A stretch of DNA of 64,000 nucleotides, taken from the IMG/VR virus record IMGVR_UViG_3300025610_000002, one strand, 5' to 3'. Positions 55,563-64,000 of this stretch are shown here, piece by piece. The translations under genes were made by a program, and so were the position numbers. The stretch is from an uncultured virus (IMG/VR IMGVR_UViG_3300025610_000002) (lineage: Duplodnaviria > Heunggongvirae > Uroviricota > Caudoviricetes). The notes beneath the pieces are model-generated. The model worked only from the letters and a program-made list of their open reading frames with translations, searched no databases and had not been told where the DNA came from. Each line of letters starts with the position of its first letter. Position 1 is the first letter of the stretch.

Positions 55563-56465
55563 ATGTATTTGGGTGTTGCTGGTGCTTGCGCTGAACAGAA
55601 AGCAAATGCCTCCACTACCGCCTATACTTTAGAAGGCATCACCTTCCAAGATACGGGTGACTTCGTTGGGCAATACACAGTTGACTTGGGAATCGGCACG
55701 GGGAAGTTGGTGATTATTGACCTTGCAGGGGACTTCGTTGAAGCCTATGACTTTGATGATGCGAGTATGCCAGCCGTTAACGGAAGTGCTAATGAAACTG
55801 ATAACCCCGGCCTCTCAAATCCCCGTGGGTTCACCTTTGGTGACAACGGTAATTACTACTATGTGGGTGGAACTGCCAGTCCTTGGGTTAGGCGGCTCGC
55901 CCTTAGCACCGCATATGATGTGAGTAGTGCTGGAACTGCACAGAACATTAGCAGTTCATTACATAATGCTGGTGTGCAGGGTATCGCATTCAACGACAAT
56001 GGAACAAAACTCTTCATTGCAGACCAAGGATTCGTCAAGACTGTCACGCTTACAACTGCTTGGGATTTGAGTGCTGGTTCAACCTCAACGCACACAATTA
56101 GTAGCACAACTGATAGTGACGGTGACTCAATCAACAATCTCTCCTGTATTCGCTTCAACGCTGATGGAACAAAGATGTTCCTTTCTTACCGCACTTCATT
56201 CGGGGACCAAGCACAAACCGCCAATCATCCTAAAATTGCTGAGTTTGACCTAAGCACGGCATATACGGTGTCAACCAAAACATTCGTCCGTCACTTAGAT
56301 GTTCACCCTTACCTTGGTCTTTATGACACAACGCCCATTCCCCGACCCACATTCATTGGTGGGTTTGATTGGAACTCCGATGGAACTCAACTGTTTATGT
56401 CGGCGGTTCACCAAGACGCTTCCGATAGTGTTGGTCCGAAGATTTTGAGATACGCTCTTTCTTGA
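55563..56465 (+). CDS. Beta-propeller protein, probable receptor-binding subunit
   Basis: Repeats F.D/N.DGTKLF/MF and LSTAYDVS/LTTAWDLS. Confidence 0.75.
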   Translation: MYLGVAGACAEQKANASTTAYTLEGITFQDTGDFVGQYTVDLGIGTGKLVIIDLAGDFVEAYDFDDASMPAVNGSANETDNPGLSNPRGFTFGDNGNYYYVGGTASPWVRRLALSTAYDVSSAGTAQNISSSLHNAGVQGIAFNDNGTKLFIADQGFVKTVTLTTAWDLSAGSTSTHTISSTTDSDGDSINNLSCIRFNADGTKMFLSYRTSFGDQAQTANHPKIAEFDLSTAYTVSTKTFVRHLDVHPYLGLYDTTPIPRPTFIGGFDWNSDGTQLFMSAVHQDASDSVGPKILRYALS

Positions 56466-56503
56466 TTCCGCAAGGTTTATTTTCTACACTTGAATGTCGG
56501 TGT

Positions 56504-57343
56504 GTGAGAGTTTCTATCTACGAAGTCGGTCCTAGGGATGGCCTACAGGCCCTTGAAGAATTTGTCCCAACTGAGGTCAAGCAACGGCTGATTGCTTCCC
56601 TCTATGAAGCAGGGCTTGAGCATGTTGAAGAAACGAGTATGGTTCATCCTCGCCTCGTCCCCCAAATGGCCGACGCCGAGGAAGTTTTCTCTAAGGGAGC
56701 AGTCTTGGTTCTCAACGAGAGAGGATATAAAAGAGCAAAATCGGTAGGTGCTTCAAAAATCAACATAGTATTTTCTCCCTGTGAAACATTTAATTTGAAA
56801 AACATGAATAAAACTAGAAGCGAATTAATTCTCATGTATCGTAATTTCTTAGATAAGACTCCTAAAGATGATGTTAGAGTGTATTTGTCAATGGCCTTTG
56901 GTAGTCCTTATAGTGGTAGTTTTACTGAACAACAGATTCGCTTGTGTTTGCGAGATGTGAAGATGCTCGGCACTACTGTTGTTTTCTCCGATACTGTTGG
57001 GGTTGGGTTGGAGAAGGAAGTGGCTCTCTTTGCTAAACTTGCTAGAGAAGAAGGCCTTACGCCAGCCCTGCACCTTCATCATAAAGGAAAAGAAGAAAGA
57101 GCAATGTCATTAGTAAGAGCAGGATTGCTAGCAGGTATTACCCAATTTGATTCTAGCATCGGTGGTCTTGGCGGTTGCCCATTCGTGGAAGAAAGCGGGG
57201 CTAATCTTTCTACTGAAACGCTGGCTGAAAGCCTAAATGCTTGGGGTTTTGAAACAGGAATTGATTTGGAAAAACTTCGTAAATCCAGCAAAATCGCTGG
57301 AAAAATCAAAATGAAAAAAGGGGCCGCATGGCTCGTCAATTAA
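56504..57343 (+). CDS. hmgL: Hydroxymethylglutaryl-CoA lyase-like enzyme (DRE-TIM)
   Basis: IYEVGPRDGLQ, VPQMADA, YLSMAFGSP, SDTVG, LHLHH, GLGGCPF, NLSTE. Confidence 0.9.
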   Translation: MRVSIYEVGPRDGLQALEEFVPTEVKQRLIASLYEAGLEHVEETSMVHPRLVPQMADAEEVFSKGAVLVLNERGYKRAKSVGASKINIVFSPCETFNLKNMNKTRSELILMYRNFLDKTPKDDVRVYLSMAFGSPYSGSFTEQQIRLCLRDVKMLGTTVVFSDTVGVGLEKEVALFAKLAREEGLTPALHLHHKGKEERAMSLVRAGLLAGITQFDSSIGGLGGCPFVEESGANLSTETLAESLNAWGFETGIDLEKLRKSSKIAGKIKMKKGAAWLVN

Positions 57344-57366
57344 GACGAACCATACGACCCCAAAAT

Positions 57367-57498
57367 TCACTTCCAAATACCGTTGCAACTACGGCATTCC
57401 CACAGTTTTACCTTTCCATCGGACCCAATGTAGAATCCTTGTATTCTTATTGCAATGGTGCGTTCACCGCAATAAGGGCATTTCTGCCTCAAACTCAT
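57367..57498 (-). CDS. Small zinc-ribbon protein (43 aa)
   Basis: Manual translation MSLRQKCPYCGERT...WECRSCNGIWK. Confidence 0.7.
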   Translation of the reverse strand: MSLRQKCPYCGERTIAIRIQGFYIGSDGKVKLWECRSCNGIWK

Positions 57499-57644
57499 TT
57501 CTTCTCATCTCGTTGATTCATGAGTCTTTTCATGTATTCTTCAACGGATTGTTCGGTCAAATTAGACCCACCAAAAGCGGCGAAAAACAACAGAATCGTA
57601 ATCGCCATAAACAAAAAAGTCCCGACCCATTCCCATGTAGACAT
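57495..57644 (-). CDS. Small single-TM membrane protein (49 aa)
   Basis: Manual translation MSTWEWVGTFLFMAITILLFFAAFGG...; coupled at both ends. Confidence 0.7.
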   Translation of the reverse strand: MSTWEWVGTFLFMAITILLFFAAFGGSNLTEQSVEEYMKRLMNQRDEKK

Positions 57645-58237
57645 TACCAATCAACCTCCAAATTCAACATCTCTTCCTTTTCAACAGAGAAAGCCTTGAC
57701 GATACCGTTCTCTTGACCATACTTCCAAAGGTCATACACAATCTTGGTATCCTTCATACAATACTCAACAACCTTGTCATATTCACCTTGTTTCCAAAGT
57801 TTGGGTGCGTCTGCACTCTCCATCAACTTGGAAGTATTGAGGGTGTTTTGGCCTAGGTTTTGCAACTGAAACCGTTCACCATAAGCCTTGGTCAAGATTC
57901 TACTTGTGTCAATGTAACGCTTATCGTTCAAGTATTTTTGAACACAGTAAATGTCCATTGAGTCTTTGAGAATCGCCAAATCAAAAGAAGCAATGTTGTG
58001 ACCAAGAAGCACACCACCCTTCTCAAAATGCTCATCAAGGTCGTATTTCAAATCCCTCAATGACTTGATGATGTTACCCGACTTCGCAAACGAATCCAAA
58101 GGCTCGTCAACATACACCGTTCCAACCGAACCGTCCCAAGTAGCGACAGTAGAAACTTGGAACATGTGCGTATTACCAAAACCCCCGATTTCATGGGACA
58201 TGTTTTTGGTTTCAATGTCCAAAGCAAGCACGGTCAT
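57644..58237 (-). CDS. RNase H-like DEDD 3'-5' exonuclease (YprB-like)
   Basis: LALDIET, GHNIASFDL, YIDT, EYCMKDT. Confidence 0.9.
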   Translation of the reverse strand: MTVLALDIETKNMSHEIGGFGNTHMFQVSTVATWDGSVGTVYVDEPLDSFAKSGNIIKSLRDLKYDLDEHFEKGGVLLGHNIASFDLAILKDSMDIYCVQKYLNDKRYIDTSRILTKAYGERFQLQNLGQNTLNTSKLMESADAPKLWKQGEYDKVVEYCMKDTKIVYDLWKYGQENGIVKAFSVEKEEMLNLEVDW

Positions 58238-58241
58238 GTAA

Positions 58242-58481
58242 TCACTTCTTGGAGGGAGTGGACCACGCCTGCTTAATCTTCTGCTCGGTTTCATCAACGG
58301 ACTCAACGGGTTCATCGGTGCGGCGCTTAAGGAAGGCCACAATGTTGGTGTTCGCTACTGTAAGCATGGAACAACACTCCCATCCTTCTTCTCCGTAAGT
58401 GTTCAAAGATTCAATGATAACCTTAGGTCCCTTTGTCACATCAAACACGATAAATGTATTTTCCCACTTCATCTTACTCAC
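58242..58481 (-). CDS. DUF4177-like small protein
   Basis: KWE..., LNTYGEEGWE, FLKR pattern. Confidence 0.7.
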   Translation of the reverse strand: MSKMKWENTFIVFDVTKGPKVIIESLNTYGEEGWECCSMLTVANTNIVAFLKRRTDEPVESVDETEQKIKQAWSTPSKK

Positions 58482-59964
58482 CTTTTAACTTAATGTAGAC
58501 TGTTTTTCCTTCTTTTCTAGTATCAAAGTCGGCAGAAATACTCTTGAAGTTGCGATAGATGATTGCTTGTTTCTTCCCGGTTACTCGTTCCACTTCATCA
58601 AAGAGTTTCTTCTTCAAGAGGTATCCATCTTCTTCCTTGTCAAGTCGCACATAGGCTTTCAAGATTTCACCATTAAGCGGAGTGACCTTCTGCTTCTCTA
58701 GGCTCATTTCTAACCACTCTTTCAATGATTTATAGCAGTTCCGGACGATGAAGGCGGCTTGGTTTACATTGCGGGAACTCACAATAAACCGCTTATCCTT
58801 GTCTTTGATGGAGTTGGCCTCAGCCACGCAACAAAGAATTGCAATCTTACCAAGCAAACCCAACCAACGAGTTTGGAAGTTTTTCACAATGTCACGAACA
58901 GGACCAACTGAAGAATCACTCCACTTGTCCATGTCGTCAAGACGCATCTGCAAAGTGTCGTTGAAGTTGGGCGAGAAGCGAATGGTAAGGCGAGCATCAG
59001 CGTCACCGGTAGAAGACTCCTTGGCCGTTTCATCGTAGCGTTGCTTCGTTGTTTCGTAGACCTTGAACAGGGCATTTGCGAATCGGTCAATGGGCATGTC
59101 GCTCTCTTCAATGACACCAAAGTTTGCTACAATCTTCTCACGAATGTTGCGTTGCTTCTCTTCGGAAACATGGCGAACCAAGACCAAGGCTCTTTGGAAA
59201 AGACCCGTTTCAACGATAGCACTATCCAAATTCTTTGGGTGGAAAGTAGTGGCTAAGATGGAACGCTCGGACTTACAAACAACCTTTGGCCCTTCCTTGA
59301 GTTTCTTAGTAATCCTCCAAGAGGAACCGCAAAGACTGTTGCAGAGCGTGTTGAGGTAAGTGACAATACCTTCCTTGTGTTGAGTTTGCTTGAAGATACC
59401 GGAGTTGGAAAACTCGTCCCAACGAGCAAGTCCGTGACCATCCAATTCACCCTTGATGTGATTCCATCGTTGGTTTCCATCTTCGTCAATGTAGGGGTCT
59501 TGGTAGCCAATCAAGGCCGCATCCGTGTATTCAACAATGTCAAAGTTGTCGTATTGTTGTAGTGGGATAGAGATTGGCTCCTCGTTAGCATCAATCTCAT
59601 TGTTGTTGTCCTTTTGGATACGGGCAATCTCTTCCCTAGGAAGATACTTCTCAACCGTGTTGATTCGTTCCCAAAGCATCTCGGAAACAGGCAAAACGAA
59701 GTCCATAATAGCAGTCTTACCGGTCCCGGAGTTTTGAATCCAAACAAAGTGCAGTCGGGAGTCGTCGCTTGACTTACCCCTAGGAATATGCACAAATTGT
59801 TTCACGGCTTGTCCAATCAACACAAGACAGGTCAATGCGGCAGGAATGTCGTTGTATTTGGAATACTTCAACGCCTCTTGCATCCATTCTTCAATGAGAG
59901 CAGGCAACTTTGTTGCTCCCTTGTCTTCTGCGGTTTCTTCTTCAAAATAAATGTCTTCATTCAT
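58474..59964 (-). CDS. AAA+ ATPase, probable replicative helicase (MCM-related) with C-terminal winged helix
   Basis: QNSGTGKT Walker A, TDAALIG, RWDEF Walker B, SILATT, GLFQR. Confidence 0.7.
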   Translation of the reverse strand: MNEDIYFEEETAEDKGATKLPALIEEWMQEALKYSKYNDIPAALTCLVLIGQAVKQFVHIPRGKSSDDSRLHFVWIQNSGTGKTAIMDFVLPVSEMLWERINTVEKYLPREEIARIQKDNNNEIDANEEPISIPLQQYDNFDIVEYTDAALIGYQDPYIDEDGNQRWNHIKGELDGHGLARWDEFSNSGIFKQTQHKEGIVTYLNTLCNSLCGSSWRITKKLKEGPKVVCKSERSILATTFHPKNLDSAIVETGLFQRALVLVRHVSEEKQRNIREKIVANFGVIEESDMPIDRFANALFKVYETTKQRYDETAKESSTGDADARLTIRFSPNFNDTLQMRLDDMDKWSDSSVGPVRDIVKNFQTRWLGLLGKIAILCCVAEANSIKDKDKRFIVSSRNVNQAAFIVRNCYKSLKEWLEMSLEKQKVTPLNGEILKAYVRLDKEEDGYLLKKKLFDEVERVTGKKQAIIYRNFKSISADFDTRKEGKTVYIKLKGE

Positions 59965-60656
59965 ATTTTCACTTTCCTTTCACTATAAAGAACCTCTAAA
60001 ATTCTAGAGGCAGTCTTCTCACCTATTCCGTCAATTGTCGTGATTTCGTTGACGGGGTGGAGTCCAATTTCTTGGATTGAGCCAAACTTCTCAATGAGGG
60101 CTTTAGCCTTTTTGTATGATACGCCCTTGATTGAACACAATACATCAAGTCGCAAGTCGTCCGTAGTGACTCGCTTAATCAGTTCGGGGCGGATTGCTTC
60201 ACGGTTGATGGGTTTGATTTTACAGAAGGCAGTAATCAACATTGATGCCTCCTTCTCACTCTCTACCCACATTGGTTTCGTATCCGTGTCCAAAGCGATT
60301 CTAGATATGCCTCCCAAAAATTTATTCTTTAAGAGGATTCTTCTGCTCTCTCTAGGCATTTTACTATTGGAGTTGTCAATTACAGTTTCTATTGCATCAT
60401 CCAAAGAACCGTAAATAATTACAAAGTTTAGGTTAAAGTGCCTATCCATATTGTCAATTTGATTCCAAATTCTTTTTGACATTACAGAACCAAGAAAGTC
60501 AATTGTAGACTTTGCTTCAAAGCACATGTCTTCAAAGACATAATCTCCAACTTCAATCCACTTCTTCTCAGTAGTAATTCCTAGATACTTAGCATCTGCT
60601 TCTACCAAGCCCACAAGTTTGGAGCCTTCTTTTTCTCGGCTATCAATTACAAGCAT
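59961..60656 (-). CDS. ERCC4/XPF-type nuclease with HhH repeats
   Basis: VIDSRE, VGDY, FEAKS..DF, IKGV..KKA and IDGIGEKTA. Confidence 0.9.
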   Translation of the reverse strand: MLVIDSREKEGSKLVGLVEADAKYLGITTEKKWIEVGDYVFEDMCFEAKSTIDFLGSVMSKRIWNQIDNMDRHFNLNFVIIYGSLDDAIETVIDNSNSKMPRESRRILLKNKFLGGISRIALDTDTKPMWVESEKEASMLITAFCKIKPINREAIRPELIKRVTTDDLRLDVLCSIKGVSYKKAKALIEKFGSIQEIGLHPVNEITTIDGIGEKTASRILEVLYSERKVKI

Positions 60657-60979
60657 CAGTCAACCCACCGTAGCAAACTTGTGTATTTTGGTCGCACATG
60701 TTTGTAGTCCTTCTGCGTTCCAATGAATTTGAAGACCAACCATTCGGGCCACTCTTCCGGGTATTCACTACCTTCATCTTTGAACGACTTGTGACGGTAT
60801 CTAAACTCGCCCATGTAAAGTGGGTCAAACTTCCACACAACTCGGTCGCCTTCCATGTAGACTTCCCAACCGTCTTGATTGATGATTCTTCTAGGGTGCG
60901 GGTGTTCCACATCTTCCAAATCATCAATGTAGGTTGGTGCGCTCATCATTTTGTTCCAATCATTTTCATTGTATCTCAT
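60656..60979 (-). CDS. Hypothetical protein
   Basis: 107-aa ORF coupled to both neighbours. Confidence 0.7.
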   Translation of the reverse strand: MRYNENDWNKMMSAPTYIDDLEDVEHPHPRRIINQDGWEVYMEGDRVVWKFDPLYMGEFRYRHKSFKDEGSEYPEEWPEWLVFKFIGTQKDYKHVRPKYTSLLRWVD

Positions 60980-62019
60980 TGTTTTTCCTCCTTATCTAAG
61001 TAGTCGGGGTAGCGCCAGCAACGGCCAACACAATACCCTTCGGGGATGAGTTTGGTTTTACAGTTAGGAGTTTTGTAATTACCAAATACTGTGAACTTTG
61101 CATGTCTTCTTGTGGTGGCTTTATCCCAATCCAGCCACACTCCATCAATAGAAGCAAGCCGTTCAATTTCATCAATGACTCTATCCAAGACTTCCTTCTT
61201 TTGCTCGTCCGTAATCAATCTCGTTCGTTGCGTGAGTAGGTCACGATACCATGCTACAAGGTAGGCTCTCGCCATGTGGCTTGGATTCTCCACCATCACG
61301 GAGTTGTGAAGGCACGGAAGGAGGGGCAAACTGCCCTCAATCTTCGTGACTTTGACCTCTTCACCGCTCATTTCAATGGGCGGCAAATTTGGCCATTTTA
61401 CGGGGTTAGAGTTTGACACTTTTCTTGCGATGAGCCTAGGCTCAGAGGCCAACTTTTTGATTTCTTGAAGGCCCGATTTTAGGTCGTCTTCAAAGATGGG
61501 GATGCAATAGTAAGGGACACCGTTTTCGTCCGAAGATGAGAGGTTCACCGTGTTGGGGACTCTCCTCAATCGGGTAGTTTGTCCTACTCGGTCGTCCAAG
61601 GTAGAGCCTTCCGGTAAGAGTCCCTTGATGATTCGGTGGAACGCTTGGATATTCCGAATGTCGTCGGTCACTTCACCATACACAAACAGGTGGAAGCCCT
61701 TACCGGAGAAAAACATGGTGTGTAAATAGTCATGATTGTTGATGTAATCCACCACGACTTTCAAATCTTCAAACGCCTGCTCCAAGTTACCATCATGTGC
61801 ATCAAAATCTAAGAACACTCTGTCAAGAATTACAGAGGCTTCAATCTTAGCCGTTTCAGCAAAGGCGGCGAAATCGTAAACACTAGTGTAAACATTCGTG
61901 CGATTGTTGAATTCTTTGATGAACGAAATGTATTCATTCTTCGTCTTCACTATTTTTCTCTTCATCTGTGGTGCGTTCTTGATGTGACTCCCCGCCCACA
62001 CTTCTCTCGGAAACTTCAT
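60976..62019 (-). CDS. Archaeo-eukaryotic primase, PriS fused to PriL Fe-S domain
   Basis: FLDFD, FSGKGFH, D..RLRRVPNT catalytic motifs; C-terminal LPC..PNC..YCVGRC cysteines. Confidence 0.9.
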   Translation of the reverse strand: MKFPREVWAGSHIKNAPQMKRKIVKTKNEYISFIKEFNNRTNVYTSVYDFAAFAETAKIEASVILDRVFLDFDAHDGNLEQAFEDLKVVVDYINNHDYLHTMFFSGKGFHLFVYGEVTDDIRNIQAFHRIIKGLLPEGSTLDDRVGQTTRLRRVPNTVNLSSSDENGVPYYCIPIFEDDLKSGLQEIKKLASEPRLIARKVSNSNPVKWPNLPPIEMSGEEVKVTKIEGSLPLLPCLHNSVMVENPSHMARAYLVAWYRDLLTQRTRLITDEQKKEVLDRVIDEIERLASIDGVWLDWDKATTRRHAKFTVFGNYKTPNCKTKLIPEGYCVGRCWRYPDYLDKEEKQ

Positions 62020-62308
62020 TTTTATTACCTCCAAAGTTAATTGTTGCTTCTTCTAGCATTTGCATTACTACTCCTGCTATCTCTCCGTTTAGTTGTGTCT
62101 TAACGATGTGCCTAAAGGCATCTTCAATCGTATAGCCAACTAATCCTTCGTTGATTTTAGTTTCTCTTACTAACTCAAACCTATCAATAAGTTTGGACTC
62201 GTTGTAGATTTCATCAGCAAGATAACTGACTGTTTGCTTGATGTTGGAAATTTCTTTGAATGTCCAATCTCTTGCAAGAACCTTTAATTTAATTTCCTCA
62301 CTATTCAT
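61934..62308 (-). CDS. Hypothetical protein
   Basis: 124 aa from MNSEE; 3' end overlaps the primase start. Confidence 0.7.
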   Translation of the reverse strand: MNSEEIKLKVLARDWTFKEISNIKQTVSYLADEIYNESKLIDRFELVRETKINEGLVGYTIEDAFRHIVKTQLNGEIAGVVMQMLEEATINFGGNKNEVSERSVGGESHQERTTDEEKNSEDEE

Positions 62309-62312
62309 TCCA

Positions 62313-63218
62313 TCACAACCAAGTTTGTTCGTCACAGATTGGGAAGAAGGAACAATGCATACAAGTCTTCGCAAAGAATTTCTCCGGATAGGATTGGTCT
62401 TCATAAGCCTTAATTAATCTAGCAATGGACTTCATTAATGCAGTCGTGGTAGCCTTGACAACCTTCTCGCAAAAGAAATGGTTGGAAACAGGATAATACC
62501 AAGACCAATGCGTAACGGGAATGTTTGGTTCCATTCCAGCATTACGCAGAATAGCGTCCGAAGAATTCTCAATCATGAGTTTGTAGAAAGCCATTTCCTT
62601 TCGCATACTCGTTTTCTTGTAGTCCTTCCAAGCACCGGTCTTGAATTCCATTGGAATGAACCCACCATCTTCCAAGAATACACGGTCAATGATTCCCTGC
62701 AAGTGGACTTTGTAATCTCGTCGTAGAGGGTTCTTTGGGTCTGTATTGGCACGAATCCAAATCTCGCAATCAAGTTTACCTTCATTACAAGCAGGAAGGT
62801 AAGAGTCCAATTTATCTTCATTCCTAGCATCAATGAAGCGTTGTGCTTCAAAGAGTGCAATGTCGGCGTAGTCGTAGAAGTAGTCGTCGTCTTCCGGGAA
62901 AAGCGAGGTGCAGTAGCCTACAACTTCGTCGGGAGTCATGCCTTCTGCCTTCTTAATGTCAAAATCGTTGAAGAAGTCTTCACGGGCATTGTGCATGATG
63001 GTTCCCTTTCGCATGGCTTCTGTTTGGTCAATAGGGCGGCGTTCCACATACGAGAATTGGTATTTCTTTGGACACCACTCAAAGGTTCCAAGTGAAGACT
63101 TTGTAATCTTCAAGATGGGTTCTGTGGGGTCGTCGTAGTTTTCCGGTAACCATTGATAGGTATATTCATCCATCGCTTCAATATCTGCATTGTATTTTTC
63201 TTCGTTATTCAAAACCAT
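62313..63218 (-). CDS. PD-(D/E)XK Cas4/RecB-like exonuclease
   Basis: EWCPKK, GTIMH, GIIDRV..EFKTG, C-terminal CMHC..C (four-Cys Fe-S pattern). Confidence 0.9.
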   Translation of the reverse strand: MVLNNEEKYNADIEAMDEYTYQWLPENYDDPTEPILKITKSSLGTFEWCPKKYQFSYVERRPIDQTEAMRKGTIMHNAREDFFNDFDIKKAEGMTPDEVVGYCTSLFPEDDDYFYDYADIALFEAQRFIDARNEDKLDSYLPACNEGKLDCEIWIRANTDPKNPLRRDYKVHLQGIIDRVFLEDGGFIPMEFKTGAWKDYKKTSMRKEMAFYKLMIENSSDAILRNAGMEPNIPVTHWSWYYPVSNHFFCEKVVKATTTALMKSIARLIKAYEDQSYPEKFFAKTCMHCSFFPICDEQTWL

Positions 63219-64000
63219 TCCTCCAATGTTTTCATTTTTGTTCGTATTTTATTTGTGTCCCAATTCATAGCCTTGTAGATAGGCTCGGCTTTCTTGACGA
63301 CTTGCTCGGCATAGTGCGCCCAATCGGGAGTAAATTGTTGTAGTTCCTCAAAGGTCCTACCAGCAACATAAGTTGCTTCTACTGCTTTTCCGGTAATCGG
63401 ATGGATGAAGTGGCCTACAGGCTTCACCCGAATGTGGACATAAGAATCCACATCAAGAGGCAAACCGTTCTGCTGATGCGCCCAAATAAATCCAGCACTA
63501 CCAGCACTATAGGTTGGCTTCTTTCCATCTTTTGTTCTAAGGTGGCTAAAGTCCTTGCCGCACTTGGAACAGTAAGCATCAAACTTGCCTCCAGTATGTT
63601 TCCTGTAGGTTTGGAATGCGGTCGTTTTCCTACCACAAGAACACTTTAGGTCAAAGTTTTCGGGCTTAAAGCGGCTTCTTTTGACAATATCTGTAAAGTC
63701 AACTTCACCTCTCTTGACCTTAGAATACAGGTCGTTGAGGTAATTGTTGATTTCATCAAAGGGCTTCTGTTCAACCCACATCATCAACACCGTCTTTTGA
63801 ATGTCCTTAGCAAACTTCGTTTCAGCGAGTTTCTTTGCAGTAAAGCCCGTCATTGCAAACTTAGGCTCCTCAAGCCAAACACCGTCAAGCCAAGATACAA
63901 GACCAGCATTGCGATTCTTTGTCGTTCCAACACCGAGGCTAGAGTAGAATTTTTCAAACTCTAAAACTACGGGGTGTTGTTCCAATCCCAAAACATTGGG
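63209..64000 (-). CDS. polB: Family B DNA polymerase, C-terminal part (start outside window)
   Basis: LEFEK, KNRNAG, MTGF, FAKDIQ, PDWAHYAEQ..P thumb motifs; CSC..CSKC zinc insertion. Confidence 0.85.
   Translation of the reverse strand, partial: PNVLGLEQHPVVLEFEKFYSSLGVGTTKNRNAGLVSWLDGVWLEEPKFAMTGFTAKKLAETKFAKDIQKTVLMMWVEQKPFDEINNYLNDLYSKVKRGEVDFTDIVKRSRFKPENFDLKCSCGRKTTAFQTYRKHTGGKFDAYCSKCGKDFSHLRTKDGKKPTYSAGSAGFIWAHQQNGLPLDVDSYVHIRVKPVGHFIHPITGKAVEATYVAGRTFEELQQFTPDWAHYAEQVVKKAEPIYKAMNWDTNKIRTKMKTLEEWF

Noticed and set aside
52861..56465. Diversity-generating retroelement targeting the tail fibre
   Set aside because: No reverse transcriptase in the window and no template/variable repeat pair noticed
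62313..63218. Cas4-like gene as part of a CRISPR-Cas system
   Set aside because: Stand-alone nuclease in the replication module with no other cas genes or array; common in archaeal viruses

Overview
64 kb of a tailed dsDNA archaeal virus (Caudoviricetes, siphovirus-like because no sheath gene is seen). It is most likely a magrovirus infecting Marine Group II Euryarchaeota (Poseidoniales). This is inferred from archaeal GGTGA ribosome-binding sites, PolB, a fused PriS-PriL primase, ERCC4 and Cas4-like nucleases, and the gene order; I could not run a database check. Layout: (i) 1-2727, minus-strand repair genes (DenV-like glycosylase, UvrD helicase); (ii) a divergent AT-rich intergenic region with an inverted repeat; (iii) 3386-7720, an early-gene region in which transcription units are separated by a repeated cassette of GC hairpin + CAAAG..ACCATATGGT..CTTTG palindrome + promoter-like motif, including one long structured unit with no convincing ORF; (iv) 8231-33528, the head module (TerS-like, TerL, portal, ATP-dependent ligase, protease/scaffold, major capsid protein), in which about 21 unrelated ORFs start with one short tag, M-x(0-2)-W-x-x-[IVL]-[LIV]-K, that also ends the scaffold protein, a candidate capsid cargo-loading signal; (v) 34521-37119, membrane proteins with an Arf/Sar1-like small GTPase, a candidate membrane-remodelling or egress module; (vi) 38465-56465, head-tail and tail genes with a -1 frameshift chaperone pair; (vii) an HMG-CoA lyase auxiliary gene; (viii) 57367-64000, the minus-strand replication module. 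All functional calls come from motifs recognised by eye.
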